From: Tubulanus polymorphus
Lineage: Eukaryota; Animalia; Nemertea
DNA: 64,000 bases
Direction: 5' to 3'
NCBI RefSeq assembly: GCF_964204645.1
Contig: NC_134027.1
Location: forward strand, 10,200,485-10,264,484
The notes under the pieces were generated by a model. The model searched no databases, was not told the origin of the DNA, and saw only the letters and a program-made list of their open reading frames with translations. Made by a program: the position numbers and the translations under genes. Each line of letters begins with the position of its first letter. Positions within the stretch are counted from its first letter, which is position 1. Below, one piece after another: positions 12,901-25,146 of this stretch.

Positions 12901-15900
12901 GCCACATTCCTGGACATTGATTTCAGATTGGCGCTGCTAGTGTAGTATCAATATTCGAGATATGTTATGAAAACCTGGCAGAGTCTACTGCATTTAATTG
13001 GCCCATTTACAGCAGACTCTGCTAGCAACGGAGATGACTGCATCAGATTATTGCTCTCGCCACTTAGAAAATTTCCTTTCTTTACAACAATTCATCTGGT
13101 AATGCCCCATGGATACTCCCAACTGCCTCAGAAGATATCCATTGCATTCAGGGCAAGCGGAGTCAACCATACAATTGAAGCTACTGCAACTTACCTGAGG
13201 ACGGCACACATTATCAACAGCCTTTGAGGTACATAAGTTGTATTCAACATGAGCGGTGTGTAATCGCTTCCCATACAGGTCAGGAATGCACGCAGTCGAC
13301 GATTTTTGTCCTCGACCTTCTGACCGAGCCATAGCTGCCGAATCGTAGGTGGCGTCGGCGTCGACCAACCGAGAGATCGAGCTTGAACGCTTTCGCATAT
13401 CAATTTATTCGAGTCTTTTTGCAATTGCCATTCTTTCACTATGATGTCACTGGCGGGATCGGCTGAAATTAAATTACTGTTCAATCGACTCTTAATTTCA
13501 ATGCGCCCGTAAAAATGCTACACCGTTGCATACCTTTGTCCTTGGGCTTCCTGGGTCGAGGATAGGCCAGTAGTACACCATATACATGCTGCCGAAGTTT
13601 TGCATACAACTCAGCACCCGTCGGCAGTTCGGATGATCGCTCATCCTCTAAATGCACAGGTAGCTTAATCTCAGCCTAGTAAGACACGAAACAAACAGCC
13701 TGTTGGACTAGCATTCAGTAGGGCATTCATAGAAATATAGGTCCCCCTAGGGTAACCACCCTCAGGGTCAGATCCAAAAAACGCTTTATATTGTTTGAGA
13801 CATTGGCCAACGGATCATTGATACAGTTTTATCTCGATCATAAATAAATGCAATTGTAGGACTAGAAGCAATGTAAAGTAAAAGTTGATGACAGCCAGAA
13901 GGATGAGGATGGGATCTTCCATAATCATCAGCTCCGCTGACCATTAGTCAAAGCAGAGCTAAACATGCGGTATATTAGAATATACTTCAAGGCTGACAAA
14001 GCCAAATCGAATCAAACTCTTGAGAGAGAAACTAAACGAGTTACGTCTCCAACAACTGAACTCCCTTACCTGGGTCAACACTTGATATACATAGGGCATC
14101 ATCAGACCTTTCTGATGACGTTCGCTGGCTATGCGCATAATCTCAGGTGGTACATGATATGGTAGAGTGGACGCTTCACCTACGTGTTTCTCAGTTGGCT
14201 TAATCACAGTTGATAACTGCAACAAAGCATAAATCATAAACGATGAGCTTCAACTTCCTAATTTCTTGACTCGACAGAGACAATTCTCATTGAATAGTGG
14301 CCAGGTGAATAATTAGAGAAGTTAAGCTATATGTTATCGCTTGATTCATTATATGATATTGGGCTTCTACTGGGAGGGGGGTATGGCACAATGAAGCTAA
14401 TACAGTAGAACTCACTTCATTCGAATAACTAGGGCCTGCCCAGATTTCTCCGAATGAAGTAAAATCCGAATAGCGAATATAAGTTGAGTTCTACTGTAAT
14501 TTAAATCATGTGAATTCATCATTGAGTGTACACACACCGATTTAGCCGGAAATTGAGACCATGTAGATTCTGGACTGAGTCGTTGTGGACTAGAAGCATC
14601 GCTGCTCGAAGATGAAGAGCTGATTGAGCTCAATTTGTGCGGATCGCTGGCAAGTTTCGGTTTGGCGCCTTCACCAGACGTACCTAACGAAACAAAACAA
14701 GTCGTTAAACGTTCATTACATACTGTCAGAATGAATTCATAACTCATAAGTTTTAATCGGAAGTATAAGGACGCCAATGAACACAATGACAATGAACTTT
14801 AGGACAGGGTCATGGCCACTTTATGCCCATTGACAAATCCCCCGAATTTTCCCCGATCCTTCAATGTAATAACACAAAATTACCTGGGTAAATCAGAGTG
14901 AATCTCTAGTGTTAAAATGTTGCATTTCATTCATTTTTCATTGAATATTATGTACTGATAAAAAAACCAGGTCAATGGCATTATCTAAATTCCCCTCCAT
15001 GTTTTTGGCAAAATTTGTCAAATTCCCCGAATTTTTCTATATTTTTCTGACTCCCTGAGTTTCCAGGTTCTACAGGTCAGGGGCATCCCGGTAGAAGACA
15101 ACCAACATAGTTTCCTATATCAAGACACAAACAAAATTGATTTTTCTTTCTCGAATTTCCGACTCTACATACCAGCAATAGGTTGGACTTTGGGCGCAAA
15201 ATGAACCTTCTCTTTCTTTGATTCTTCCTTCACGATGACAATAGAGGGCGGCACCATGGTCGTTGCCGTCGTCGTAACGCCGCTATATCCCGCTGTTGTT
15301 TCTTTCGAAGTACTTTCATACGTCGTAGAGGGAGGCTGAACGACTTCGACCTACGAAACCGAGACTAACAAATCTAGAACAGCGTTTCCCATAAGATATT
15401 GGCGAACTTCCCCAAGTTTAAAACCCACTTTATACAGAATTTCAAAGATTATAACAATTTTATACATCAAAAATCTATATAAAAAGACGAACGCTTCGAA
15501 CTCTCTCACTAGGTAGAGATTATTATCAGGCGTGTTCCCGAGGAGAATGTTATCTCAGAATCATTGCAAGCGATCGAATTTCGACGCGCGTACCTCAATA
15601 GTTGATTCTGCAACTTCTTCACGTCTAGTTTCTTCGGGTCGGATGGGATAAGCACCGGGCTGACGAGTAGCAACAGTTGGTAACGGAGCCATGAATACTG
15701 AAATGAGAACAACCTCAAAAGCATACTTACACGATACAAGTTTCGGTTGACGGTAGTGGAAGTCGCAGTACAAAACCAGTGGAACTACTTATTAATTTCA
15801 TTTTTAAGGAAGTGGTGATAGGGTTAATCATTCTTAGACAAGCAAGACAATTGTATAATTGTACATCTTGTACTACACTCTACCTCGGGGTCTGGGAAAG

Positions 15901-18900
15901 TACTTGAGAAATCCTTCCTTCGTTCCATTCATGTAATACTGAACGCAATGCTTGAAATGGGCGATCCTCTCCTTTTGTAACAAAGTACAACCGAGCCTAC
16001 TGAAATTCAAGTTCAAAAGTTGTTTAATACAGTAATATCCAAGAGACCTCGCTATTCAAATTCACGACTATCGAATAATATTTTTAAAATATAGAAGTGT
16101 CAGTATACCATTGACCAAAAATACTCCAAATTCATGTTAGTTGAATTTCGATTTTTGTATTTCATATCGACTGCACTCTTGCCTCTTATCATTGAGGAAA
16201 TACGTAACAAATTATAGAGAATCCTATCATTGAGGAAATACGTAACAAACTATAGAGAATCCTATCATTGAGGAAATACGTAACAAACTATAGAGAATCC
16301 TATCATTGAGGAAATACGTAACAAACTATAGAGAATCCTATCATTGAGGAAATACGTAACAAATTATAGAGAATCCTATCATTGAGGAAATACGTAACAA
16401 ATTATAGAGAATCCTATCATTGAGGAAATACGTAACAAACTATAGAGAATCCTATCATTGAGGAAATACGTAACAAACTATAGAGAATCCTATCATTGAG
16501 GAAATACGTAACAAACTATAGAGAATCCTATCATTGAGGAAATATGTAACAAACTATAGAGAATTTTATCATTGAGGAAATATGTAACAAACTATAGAGA
16601 ATCTTATCATTGAGGAAATACATAAACTATAGAGAATCCCACGATAATAACTAGAAAATGTTAAGATGGAAAATGTTTCCTACTAGAGCTAATTCCCGAC
16701 GATCACTATGAGAAGAATACAGTTGAAACGTCGACTTAACTACTAGCTCTAGGAAACATTTTCTATTTGTTATTGCGCAATTACCTATAGATTATCATAG
16801 CATGGATAGGCCTATAGTGTTTCATCAATTGTTACGTAACACACTGTTCATTAATTCTGAACTGAGGGGAACACGAGTTTAAATTATAATCAGTTTAGTA
16901 TATATATATATATATACCTGAACACACGCTGACCAACGTCATCGAGATCCTCAACATCAGGGAGACATCGTACGAAAGAAACAACCGCGGGAATAACCTC
17001 CGATTCGGGCAACTGGAAGGAAAAATTTCTAAAATGAGAATCCGGTAAATACCGATGTATCCGTAACTATTACTGGTTACGATTCATTTCATTTCTCTCA
17101 ATAAGGCGCCTGGTTTCTGATAAAAAAATTGTTCCCCTGATAATGCCCGTCTCAGGTCGCACAAGATCTGACGCGATCGTCATAAGGAATCGGTAGTCAG
17201 TTGGCCGATTTTTCAGTCAGGTAATTTTTTCGACATGAGTGTACTTAAAATTGTCAACACTAGCCGCCCGCACAATTGTAATTGATCAGGCATGTTCGAC
17301 AACGACCTGATCGTATGCGACCTGAATGTACTTACGACCGAATCGCAGATGATTGGGTCGGAACTCAGTGCGGCTCGAGTTAGGCTTTAGTTAAAACTGG
17401 CTCCATGATATCAGATTTCCGTCAAGTCTGAAGTCAGAAATTAGCTAAAGCCCACTCGAAACGGTTCTGATTTCCAACGAACTGGAACGTCCTCAACATT
17501 TAAAAAAGTTGTGATGATCATACCAATAACAAACATTTATTTGTTATTTTTACATGTTAACGACATCATTCGAAGATGTATTAGCCGAATAATGTTGCTT
17601 CGGAATCAATCATCAGTGATGCAATAAACACCGAATAGGCCATGATCTTTACGCCATCAAACTGCTTTACAAAATTTAATACAGCGATGTAGGCGGCAAA
17701 TTTCCAAAAATTACAGATCAAAAATGCATAACTCGCATCTCAAATAAGGCACTACAAATTTTTCTAAAACTTTTTTTTCTGTTCACACTACCTCCACGTT
17801 CTTCGCTTTCGGATTCTTGTTCAAACAACTACAGAAGAACTCATACAGATCCTCTTCGGACAGGATGAAATTACCTGTAAAAATGAAACCACGCGACATG
17901 ATTTTATATTTGAAAATACAAAAATTCGGTCATTGAACTAATTTAAAAGCCTTATGAATTTGAAAAATTTGCTGCCAAGATTCTAGGGAATTCTTTTTCA
18001 ACTTCACTACAATTCAACTTTAATACGTTCTAAGGCGAGAGAATCGGGAAAAACGATAGCTCACAGTGGCAAATGCCACGAGATATCCCTCCATTTCAAA
18101 GAAGCCAGGTTATATTTGACAGTTCCAGGTAGGAAGGCTGTAAAGATCAAAACATTTGACACACGCCTAATGCTAATTGTATGCTTTATATCATAAGATA
18201 CACTGATATCATCAAAAGCGTTTTCTATCTAAGAATAAGTTATTTGTGCACAATGGTTGAAGTTGACATTTTAAAAATCTAGAAAAACAGGGACACCATG
18301 CCACGTGGTAAATGCTTGGACACGTTGACACAATTTCAATATTCAAAACACTCCCTTCATTACAGTAATCAACGCAACTCACCAGAAATCATGAAACTCG
18401 TCAAGAGCGAGAACTTGAGCAATTGAATGCAGTTCCAAAATATGCATAGGTACCATTACATATGGATGTACCACGTTATTCTGCTATTCAACGCCCCCTG
18501 GTAAACTTAAAACAGTTGTATCAATGATCTCAAAGCATGTCATAACCTTTTATATCATATCATCACATTACGATCAAAGAAGGCCAGACAGCCTCTTTGT
18601 TTTGATATTCAATGTCCTTCGTGAAGTTGTATTTAACACACCTCTCTTAAATTTGAAAGGGCCTTATTAAATCTTCTCAAAAGCAAGCCCTTTGGAGACT
18701 CGCTGCGAATTCTGTATCTAAAACCTGTTGTTATTTTCTTCAAACAGCCTTTTTGCACATATACGCATATAAGGAATGATGACACTAAGATGGCCATCAA
18801 TTCTGGGACAAAAATTGACGATCGAAAAATCGCTGTCTGATATGTTAAAGACCCCTTTCTAAAGTAAATCCATCACAAATTTTAATGAAAAATGACAAGA

Positions 18901-21466
18901 AATACATGAGCTACAATTCTCCAAATTTAGGCCAAAATAATTTTTTTGGGCATAGAAAAAAGGTCGAAGGATTGCCTTGCCGCCTTGGGTTAAAACATCC
19001 AAAAATAACTGGATTTCATGTGAATAGTGAATGCAACAGTCGACTGGGACTGAAGTCCCAAGCCTTCAAAGCTACAAATGTTTCCCATCAAAGTATGTGG
19101 CAAGTAGGGGTCCGGGGACACCTTGCCCACTAGCCCTCTAGGTGTCAATTATAACTAAATTACATGGTTTATCTACTCATCAAGTGGAAAAAACAATTCT
19201 TAAAACAAAAATAGAGACCAGCACTTTTTGAAGATGGGATGTAGTTACCGGATAAGGTCTCGAAACTGTCAGAAAAATGAACTTAAGATATAGGCCTATA
19301 TCAACGTTAGATTGTTGATTACAGGCATTTTCGCGTCGCATTCAACTGTTATATTTAGGGGCCTACAATTAACTTAATTGAACATAATTACCGAATTGAT
19401 AATAACATCAGTCGAACTTCACACTACTTACAACAATCCAATATGAGATTACTATTTTCGGGATTTGAGGAAATCTGATCTGAATCCTATAAGCCCTACA
19501 CTCCTCATAAGGCCATATAAAATAAATTACTTGATTCTCATCCGCTGTGAAAAAAAACATCGAAGGAGAGAGAGGTTAATATTTTATACAAAATATTCCA
19601 CAAGCTCTAATATGAAGACTAGCAACACCTCTATCCTGTCTCCGAATGAAAATGAGTCAACGTATGTCGAAACTAGCTTTCAATAATCAATATTGTGAAC
19701 TCATTTGACAACTACGTATCATGTCTATATAGCGGTTGTTTAGACTATCAAGTTTTGTTTACATGTTTGGGAGCAGATAGATGACTTTAGCGTATTCAAA
19801 ATGTTGTTAGGGTGATTTTTTATCCGAGGTGGTAGTTTTATATTTTATTTTTAAGATATAAGAATCAAACTGATAAGAACTAAGCTGCCACCCACTGTTC
19901 CTGATTTTCAGTAGTTACCTATTCTGTAGGCCTACTTGTAACAATGCTGATTTGATTTTCGAAATGCATACAGAAATATGCAAGCTGTTACTGAGGCTCT
20001 AAACCGTTGATTACTGATTAATTTGAAAATTTTCAATTTGTTACCGATAAAACTTTTCTGAGGTTGACAGCCCTGTAACAATCAAGTGATTCATTCTATA
20101 ATGGCCTTACAAGCAATTTCGCATCGCATTCAGCTCTTGGGCAGCTACAGTACGTCTCAAAAACATAGGGTTAACTAAATTGACCGTAATTACCGAAATG
20201 ATAATAACATAAGTCAAACTTACGGCAGAGTGTTTATTTCCGCTATTTTACTGTACATCCGTCGCTGATTGGCTGCTTTACGCCGCGCATGCGCACAAAG
20301 GTGCGCGACTTAGAAAATTCAAAGTAAGTGTGGAGAATGGAGTTAGAGAAAATAGAGCGAGACTCGAACCCAGGCCAGTAAATTACTAGCGCAGCGTCTT
20401 CCCACTAGACCACCGAGCTCACTGATAACCAACCGAATTTTTTAACTAGATATAGTACCTAACCTTACCCTAATTCTATCCCTAGGGGTAAAACGGACCC
20501 TAACTCTAATCCTAACCCTCTGGGTCCTTAAGACCCTAAACCCATCGGAACCCTAACTCTAGACCCAATAAAATGATTTTATTGTTACTTTTATTAGTTT
20601 ATACTATAATATATAGAAACGATGTACGGTAAAATAGCAAGAGTAAACACTCTGCCGTATACGGCTAAATATCCACTTTTAATTCTTAGCAAAAACAAAT
20701 TACCTAAAAGCGCTGCGAGCACACAAAATCTATTCGGGTGCAAATCCAAACACTTCGCCACTTCATCCATCACATACTCGATCGTTTCCAATTGACCCGT
20801 GAACTTCAACTTCAAACAATGCGCCGAAAACAGCCTCGGAGGGTCGAATACCGCATATTCGGGATCCTCGGCTACGACGCCGTGAAAATTGTTCTCTCGA
20901 CAATACGCGATAACCTCCTGATGATGGTCGTCCATCGAACAACAAACGGGAATCGCCAACTGACGCAGCATCATCCGCAACGTCACCGACAGGCACGTCG
21001 GCGGGATCCACCAGATCTTCGGCGGCGGCGTACCTTTCATTTGAACGTGCTTGATAATCCTCGTCACCTTGTCGCGCGCTTCGATTTGCAATTCGGTCCA
21101 TTCGGAAATTCTTTGGCACTCGAGGCTTCCATTGAAAAACACGACCAGCTGCAAATTCGAGCTGACGCATGCTTGCATTAGATTCGTCAAGAAACCGACC
21201 GTATTGTTCCACTGACCTCCGCATGTCCAGTCCGGGAAGTAACCACCGTACAAACGATCCAAGCAACTCTCAGCGTCAATGACGAGCGAGGCGCCCGAAC
21301 ACGCTGCGGCCGATTTGAAACCCCGCGATTTTTTCTTCCCCGCTGCAGTAGTACTGCTAGCACCACCGCTGCTGCTGCTGCCCCTGGAAATGTCAAGTAA
21401 ATCTACCTTTTGGCACGCATTCGGGCAGCGATTCTGTATGAATTGCAAAAAGCCTTTGATTCCCAT
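6994..21466 (-). CDS. FAM120A: Constitutive coactivator of PPAR-gamma-like protein 1 homolog (FAM120A/FAM120C family; N-terminal PIN-like domain, C-terminal RG-rich RNA-binding region), 17 coding exons, ~1051 aa
   Basis: Starts MGIKGFLQFI and carries FAM120 motifs LVIDAESCLDRLYGGYFPDWTCGGQWN, KGTPPPKIWWIPP, DDHHQEVIAYCRENNF, ALLGNFIL, CGAPIPWTMCCPWMFFDGRLFQLKL and GGELQVAGVVVGSW. Phase-consistent GT-AG exons: 21466-20704, 17874-17792, 17012-16918, 15999-15884, 15697-15594, 15350-15173, 14683-14538, 14216-14070, 13675-13534, 13462-13195, 11982-11871, 11363-11157, 9819-9594, 9471-9366, 8829-8760, 8541-8348, 7192-6994 (TGA). Low-complexity exons are less certain. Confidence 0.93.
7589..7704. mobile_element. 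Short palindromic MITE (Harbinger-like)
   Basis: TAGCCGTATTCATAAAACCTTAC ... GTAAGCTTTTATGAATATGGTTG flanked by CAG on both sides. Confidence 0.6.
7785..8018. mobile_element. piggyBac-type MITE, degenerate copy
   Basis: Shares TATAAATTGGTGATGGAC, GGCACCTGTCAA and the CAGCACTGAAAGGGTCAA end with the family. Confidence 0.65.
12284..12897. mobile_element. Tc1/mariner-superfamily (pogo/Tc2-like) non-autonomous element
   Basis: TA-CCGTATTTTCCGGCCAATAAGCCGA ... TCGGCTCATTGGCCGGAAAATACGG-TA: TA duplication, ~25-bp TIR and internal repeats of TCGGCTTATTGG. Confidence 0.85.
14804..15091. mobile_element. Degenerate CAGGGTGGCCAC-family MITE
   Basis: CAGGGTCATGGCCACT start, TTCCCCGA/TCCCTGA repeats, degenerate right end. 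Confidence 0.55.
16187..16639. repeat. 38-bp minisatellite, ~12 copies, in FAM120A intron 3
   Basis: Head-to-tail unit TATCATTGAGGAAATACGTAACAAA(C/T)TATAGAGAATCC, no spacers, degenerating at the right end. Confidence 0.95.
20353..20420 (-). pseudogene. tRNA-derived remnant (SINE head or tRNA pseudogene)
   Basis: Minus strand GAGCTCGGTGGTCTAGTGGGAAGAC...CTGGGTTCGAGTCTCG has an A box, D-arm and B box/T-loop, but the anticodon and acceptor stems do not pair. Confidence 0.6.
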
Positions 21467-21598
21467 TGTGTTCCGCGTATCGATGCACCATTCCACGGGA
21501 GCAATTTTGACCGTTCGACCGTGTTTGACGTCCCTGAACCACCGTTCCTCCGTCGTCACCCTGCACCATGTGCTCAGCTAAGCTTAGCAATCCTCCCG

Positions 21599-21606
21599 TG
21601 ACGTCA
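21599..21606. promoter_or_regulatory. Perfect CRE palindrome TGACGTCA upstream of FAM120A-like start codon
   Basis: Exact CRE match ~135 bp upstream of the ATG in a GC-rich stretch. Function is inferred from position only. Confidence 0.4.
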
Positions 21607-21958
21607 TGCCACGGCAGAAAACCCACATTCGAGATCCACCGGACGAAACGTGGTCGTTGAAGATTCAAGATTTTAACCTTCACCATGAACCCTTAGTGTT
21701 CATGTTTGGAACACTGGTCATCGTTTTAATTTTGATAAAGCCGAAATCATTTATACTTCTTTAGCAATTACACTAAACGCCACATAGTTGAGGCTCAGAT
21801 ATTAGCACCAATTTAAATATGGCTTTTCTCCGCACATTCCCTTCTTTCCTGTATATCATTACTTCATGCCTTGCCAAACACTTAATTATTTACTCACTCA
21901 CTATTTTACTCAATTAACCTTTTCTCCTCTATATGCCTTCTGTTTTAGTGATAACCTC

Positions 21959-21997
21959 ACACCTGACGATGATCCCTGAGATCGAAACGTCTCGTGT
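21959..21997 (+). ncRNA. Minimal type I hammerhead ribozyme motif (Penelope-like element type)
   Basis: ACAC-CTGACGA-T-GATC-cctga-GATC-GAAACGTC-TC-GTGT followed by AATAAA (22000-22005). Confidence 0.6.
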
Positions 21998-22739
21998 TTA
22001 ATAAATTCTCGAATTCTTTTAATTGTACATAGTGGGTTTTTATCTTTTTATCCGTTTACCACGTTCTTGCGGTTATTGTACTACACAAGTGTCTGATGTA
22101 CCACATCTGGTTAATCTGGTTAATTAGCCACAACTATATTTAATTAGTAGTAATTTATAAACGCGTGAAAGGCACAATTTCATACTCGATGATTAGATTA
22201 ATTTGTATACAACATCATAAGAAAATTTAACAAATTTGGTAATCTAAGCGGATTAGTTAAATACAAGTATACCGTACAGTTTATTCATTGACATGATGAA
22301 TATTGGAAACAATCTTTGACAACTCCAAAACTTCTCAACATTTACAAGTGCCCGCGAAGAAAAAATGAAGTCTTATACATTTCATTTGATGGATTCTTTT
22401 TCATTGCAAATTGTGATGAAAAACACGACAGGCAAAGCATAGGCCCTACTTAAAAAAAGAATCAATGAACTGCATGATTAAGTCATGAAAAATTTTCTCG
22501 TTGATGAAAATTTGTAAATTTGCGTTAATAAAATAAAAAACCGATGCGATGTTCTTAGACTTATTTGCGTAAATGCGCGTTGCTTGTTTTGTCTTTCGTC
22601 CATTAATATCTAAGGTTTTTTCATCGAGGTTTTTGGCGCATTCTTTGTGCAATATACTGGCTGTATAGCGATATGAGCACTGTTGTTGGGTAGTCCCTCA
22701 ATAAAAAAATCCGAAAAGTTAAACCAGATTACCACTAAG

Positions 22740-22910
22740 CCCGTATCCGCGAAAAATCCGTCGTTTCGTCTTGAAATTCATCAATATTATCTATACTCAC
22801 GTGACACAAACAAACATGGCGCCGGCGAGCCAGAAAGTGATCCATAATAATTTTTTCTACGTAAATAAATCATAATTGATTGATTTAGCTCTGTAACGAC
22901 TCAAGTAAGT
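22740..22910 (+). promoter_or_regulatory. Putative promoter and non-coding first exon of the dispanin gene
   Basis: CpG-containing patch with TCACGTGAC (22797-22805), YY1-like AACATGGCG (~22813-22821) and a strong donor CAA|GTAAGT at 22905 that could splice to the acceptor at 24108. Confidence 0.5.
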
Positions 22911-23663
22911 AACGCAAGATATTGCGAAAATATTGAACTTGTTAATTGTCCTTCTTTATTCCTCTAAAGCTTTTAATTTTTCACAGTACAGGCCTTCCTT
23001 CAATCTTTTTTTTTTGACGTTCAGTTCAGGTCCATCCACCACCTGGGACTGGCACCAGCAGCACCAGAATCCAGTAGGTCTACTGACATACTGTTGGCAG
23101 TGCCAGTGTGACAGTGACACTATCAGTTTCCATTTCTTCCCCCAGCCCCGTCCATCAATGATGATGGTGATGTCATGAGTCATGGGTGATGTCATGTCCT
23201 TTATGCTTATGGTGATTTTCGAAGGTAGCATTATTATTGGCAGCATCTTCATAACCAACACCGCAGGCATCTTTATGCCTCTCTGACCAATTCAATTCAA
23301 ATACTTTATTGACACTAATAAATTAGACCTGACAACACTAGAGGTTGTCTCCTCATCATCATCATCGAGTTAAACAGTAGGCCTACCGATTTAGGAGGAG
23401 TCAACTGAATTGGGATAAGAAAGTGATGCAGACACTTCCTTGAAATTTTCTTTAAAACTCCTTTTATCCAGGAATGACCAATCTATAGGGACCTTAGAAA
23501 GTAATTGTGGTTCAAGTGTACTTTGGCAATTTATTTAGTGGTTCGTAGACAGTGGCTTTATTTACCCTCCAATGAGTAACTCCCGTAACGTATAATTTAG
23601 TGGAGCCTAAAATGACCTTAACCCTAATCCTCCACTGTATTATCAAGCTGGTGTAAATAGAAT

Positions 23664-24018
23664 ATAAAGCCACTTTTTGTAAATATCCTAATATAGACTT
23701 GGTGTTGCCTTAAGAAATGTCACTCTTGGGATATGACTCCAATCAAATAGCACAGGGCTCGAAATCTCATCGATCTAAGTAGAATTCTATCCCTTGATTA
23801 TGTACACACTTTTATGGTGAGAATATAACTCATGGCATGAAAATAAAGCCACTTTTTGCAAATATCCTTATAAGGACTTGGTGTTGCCTTAAGAAATTTC
23901 CTCTTGGGATTTGACTCCAATCAAATAGCACAGGGCTCGAAATCTCATCGATCTAAGTAGAATTCTATGCCTTGATTATGTACACACTTTTATGGTGAGA
24001 ATATTACTCATGGCATAA
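23664..24018. repeat. Tandem duplication of a ~180-bp unit (2 copies)
   Basis: ATAAAGCCACTTTTTG...ACTCATGGCAT occurs at ~23664-23839 and ~23843-24017. Confidence 0.9.
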
Positions 24019-24121
24019 CTCGCAGGGCAGAAAGCTAGGCCCCTAATGCATTTCAAAAGTTTTTAGGCCTACCAAAAAATGAAATCTTAATTCACGTATC
24101 TTTGACAGTTTCTCCGAAATC

Positions 24122-25114
24122 ATGACCGAGGCAGTCGCCAAAAATACCAACAAGCCTCCATCTTACCAGGAAGCTTTGGAACAGGAACAGCCACTGCAGC
24201 CGGGTTATCCGCAGCCTCAAGTAGGGTACTCACCATCTCATCCGTACCCAGGACAGCCTCAATCGCCGGGACAGTCGCAAACTGGTTATTACTATGCTGC
24301 TCGTAAGTTGACTTGGTTTGGGTGATTTAAAATTGATTTTGGTTTTCTTTTTGAATTGATTTTCTTAACCCACAAATGAACAACCGTTACAACTTATGAG
24401 ATTAAAAATATGGTTAAATTTTTTGGAAGTTTTGAAGACGCTTCAATGGATTGTCTTTGCATTTGGTTTATACATGTATCTACATTAGACACATCTGTTG
24501 CAGCCAAAATATTGGCCAGGTCTGAATCAAGATGGCTGACAGGTGGCCATTGTTGTTTGCCGAAATCAGCACTTTTTACACATTTTTGAAGTTTTCAAGG
24601 GTAATTTTGAAAACGCTTTGATAAATTATCTTGATAGCCCGTCAGCATAATGGAAATTGGGTCAATTGGACACAACCATGTGTTCTTTTTTGCGATAAAA
24701 ATGTGATAACTTAAAGGTGGTACCTTTATACTTTATGCGCCATCTCTTATATTTTCAGCTGGTCAACCTGCACCCGCGTTGGCGGGACCCGGCGGCGTCA
24801 TCTACCAACAACCAACAGTGATAATGGTTGCGCCGCAGCCGATGGCGAATCCGCCCGACGATTACCTAGTCTATTCGATCGTCGTGACGATCCTCTGCTG
24901 TTGGCCGGTCGGAATATTCGCGATCATCAAGTCGGTGAATTGTCGCGACGCGGCGAGACGCGGCGACCAAGCGAACGCGATGCGATATTCGAACGAAGCG
25001 AAGAAATACGCGTCGATCGCGCTCGGCGTCGGTATCGCCGTCATGGTCATCTGGATAGTCGTTGTTATGGTTTATTATATGTTCATACTGAATATGATCA
25101 CCACTGATTTTTAA
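24122..25114 (+). CDS. CD225/dispanin family (IFITM/PRRT1-like) proline-rich transmembrane protein, ~178 aa
   Basis: Exons 24122-24302 and 24759-25114 join in phase 1. Pro/Gln/Tyr-rich N-terminus with PPSY, then a CD225 signature PDDYLVYSIVVTILCCWPVGIFAIIKS...RGD...A..YS.EAKK and a C-terminal hydrophobic helix. An acceptor at 24108 implies an upstream non-coding exon. Confidence 0.9.
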
Positions 25115-25146
25115 TTCCAAAAGTATTTATTTTGTTATATTATTTA

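Noticed and set aside
16187-16639. CRISPR-like array
   Set aside because: Units are contiguous with no unique spacers, there are no cas genes, and it lies in a eukaryotic intron. It is a minisatellite.
20353-20420. Functional tRNA gene
   Set aside because: Anticodon and acceptor stems cannot pair.
21467-21559. N-terminal extension MTTEERW... in the ORF track
   Set aside because: It begins at GTG, not ATG. The conserved family start is MGIKG at 21466.
20738-21601. Plus-strand ORFs overlapping FAM120A exon 1
   Set aside because: Antisense shadows of a GC-rich coding exon with no recognisable motifs.
22933-23520. ORFs and coding-looking sequence in the predicted dispanin 5' intron
   Set aside because: Interrupted by stops, with no recognisable family or splice structure. 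Probably a decayed insertion.
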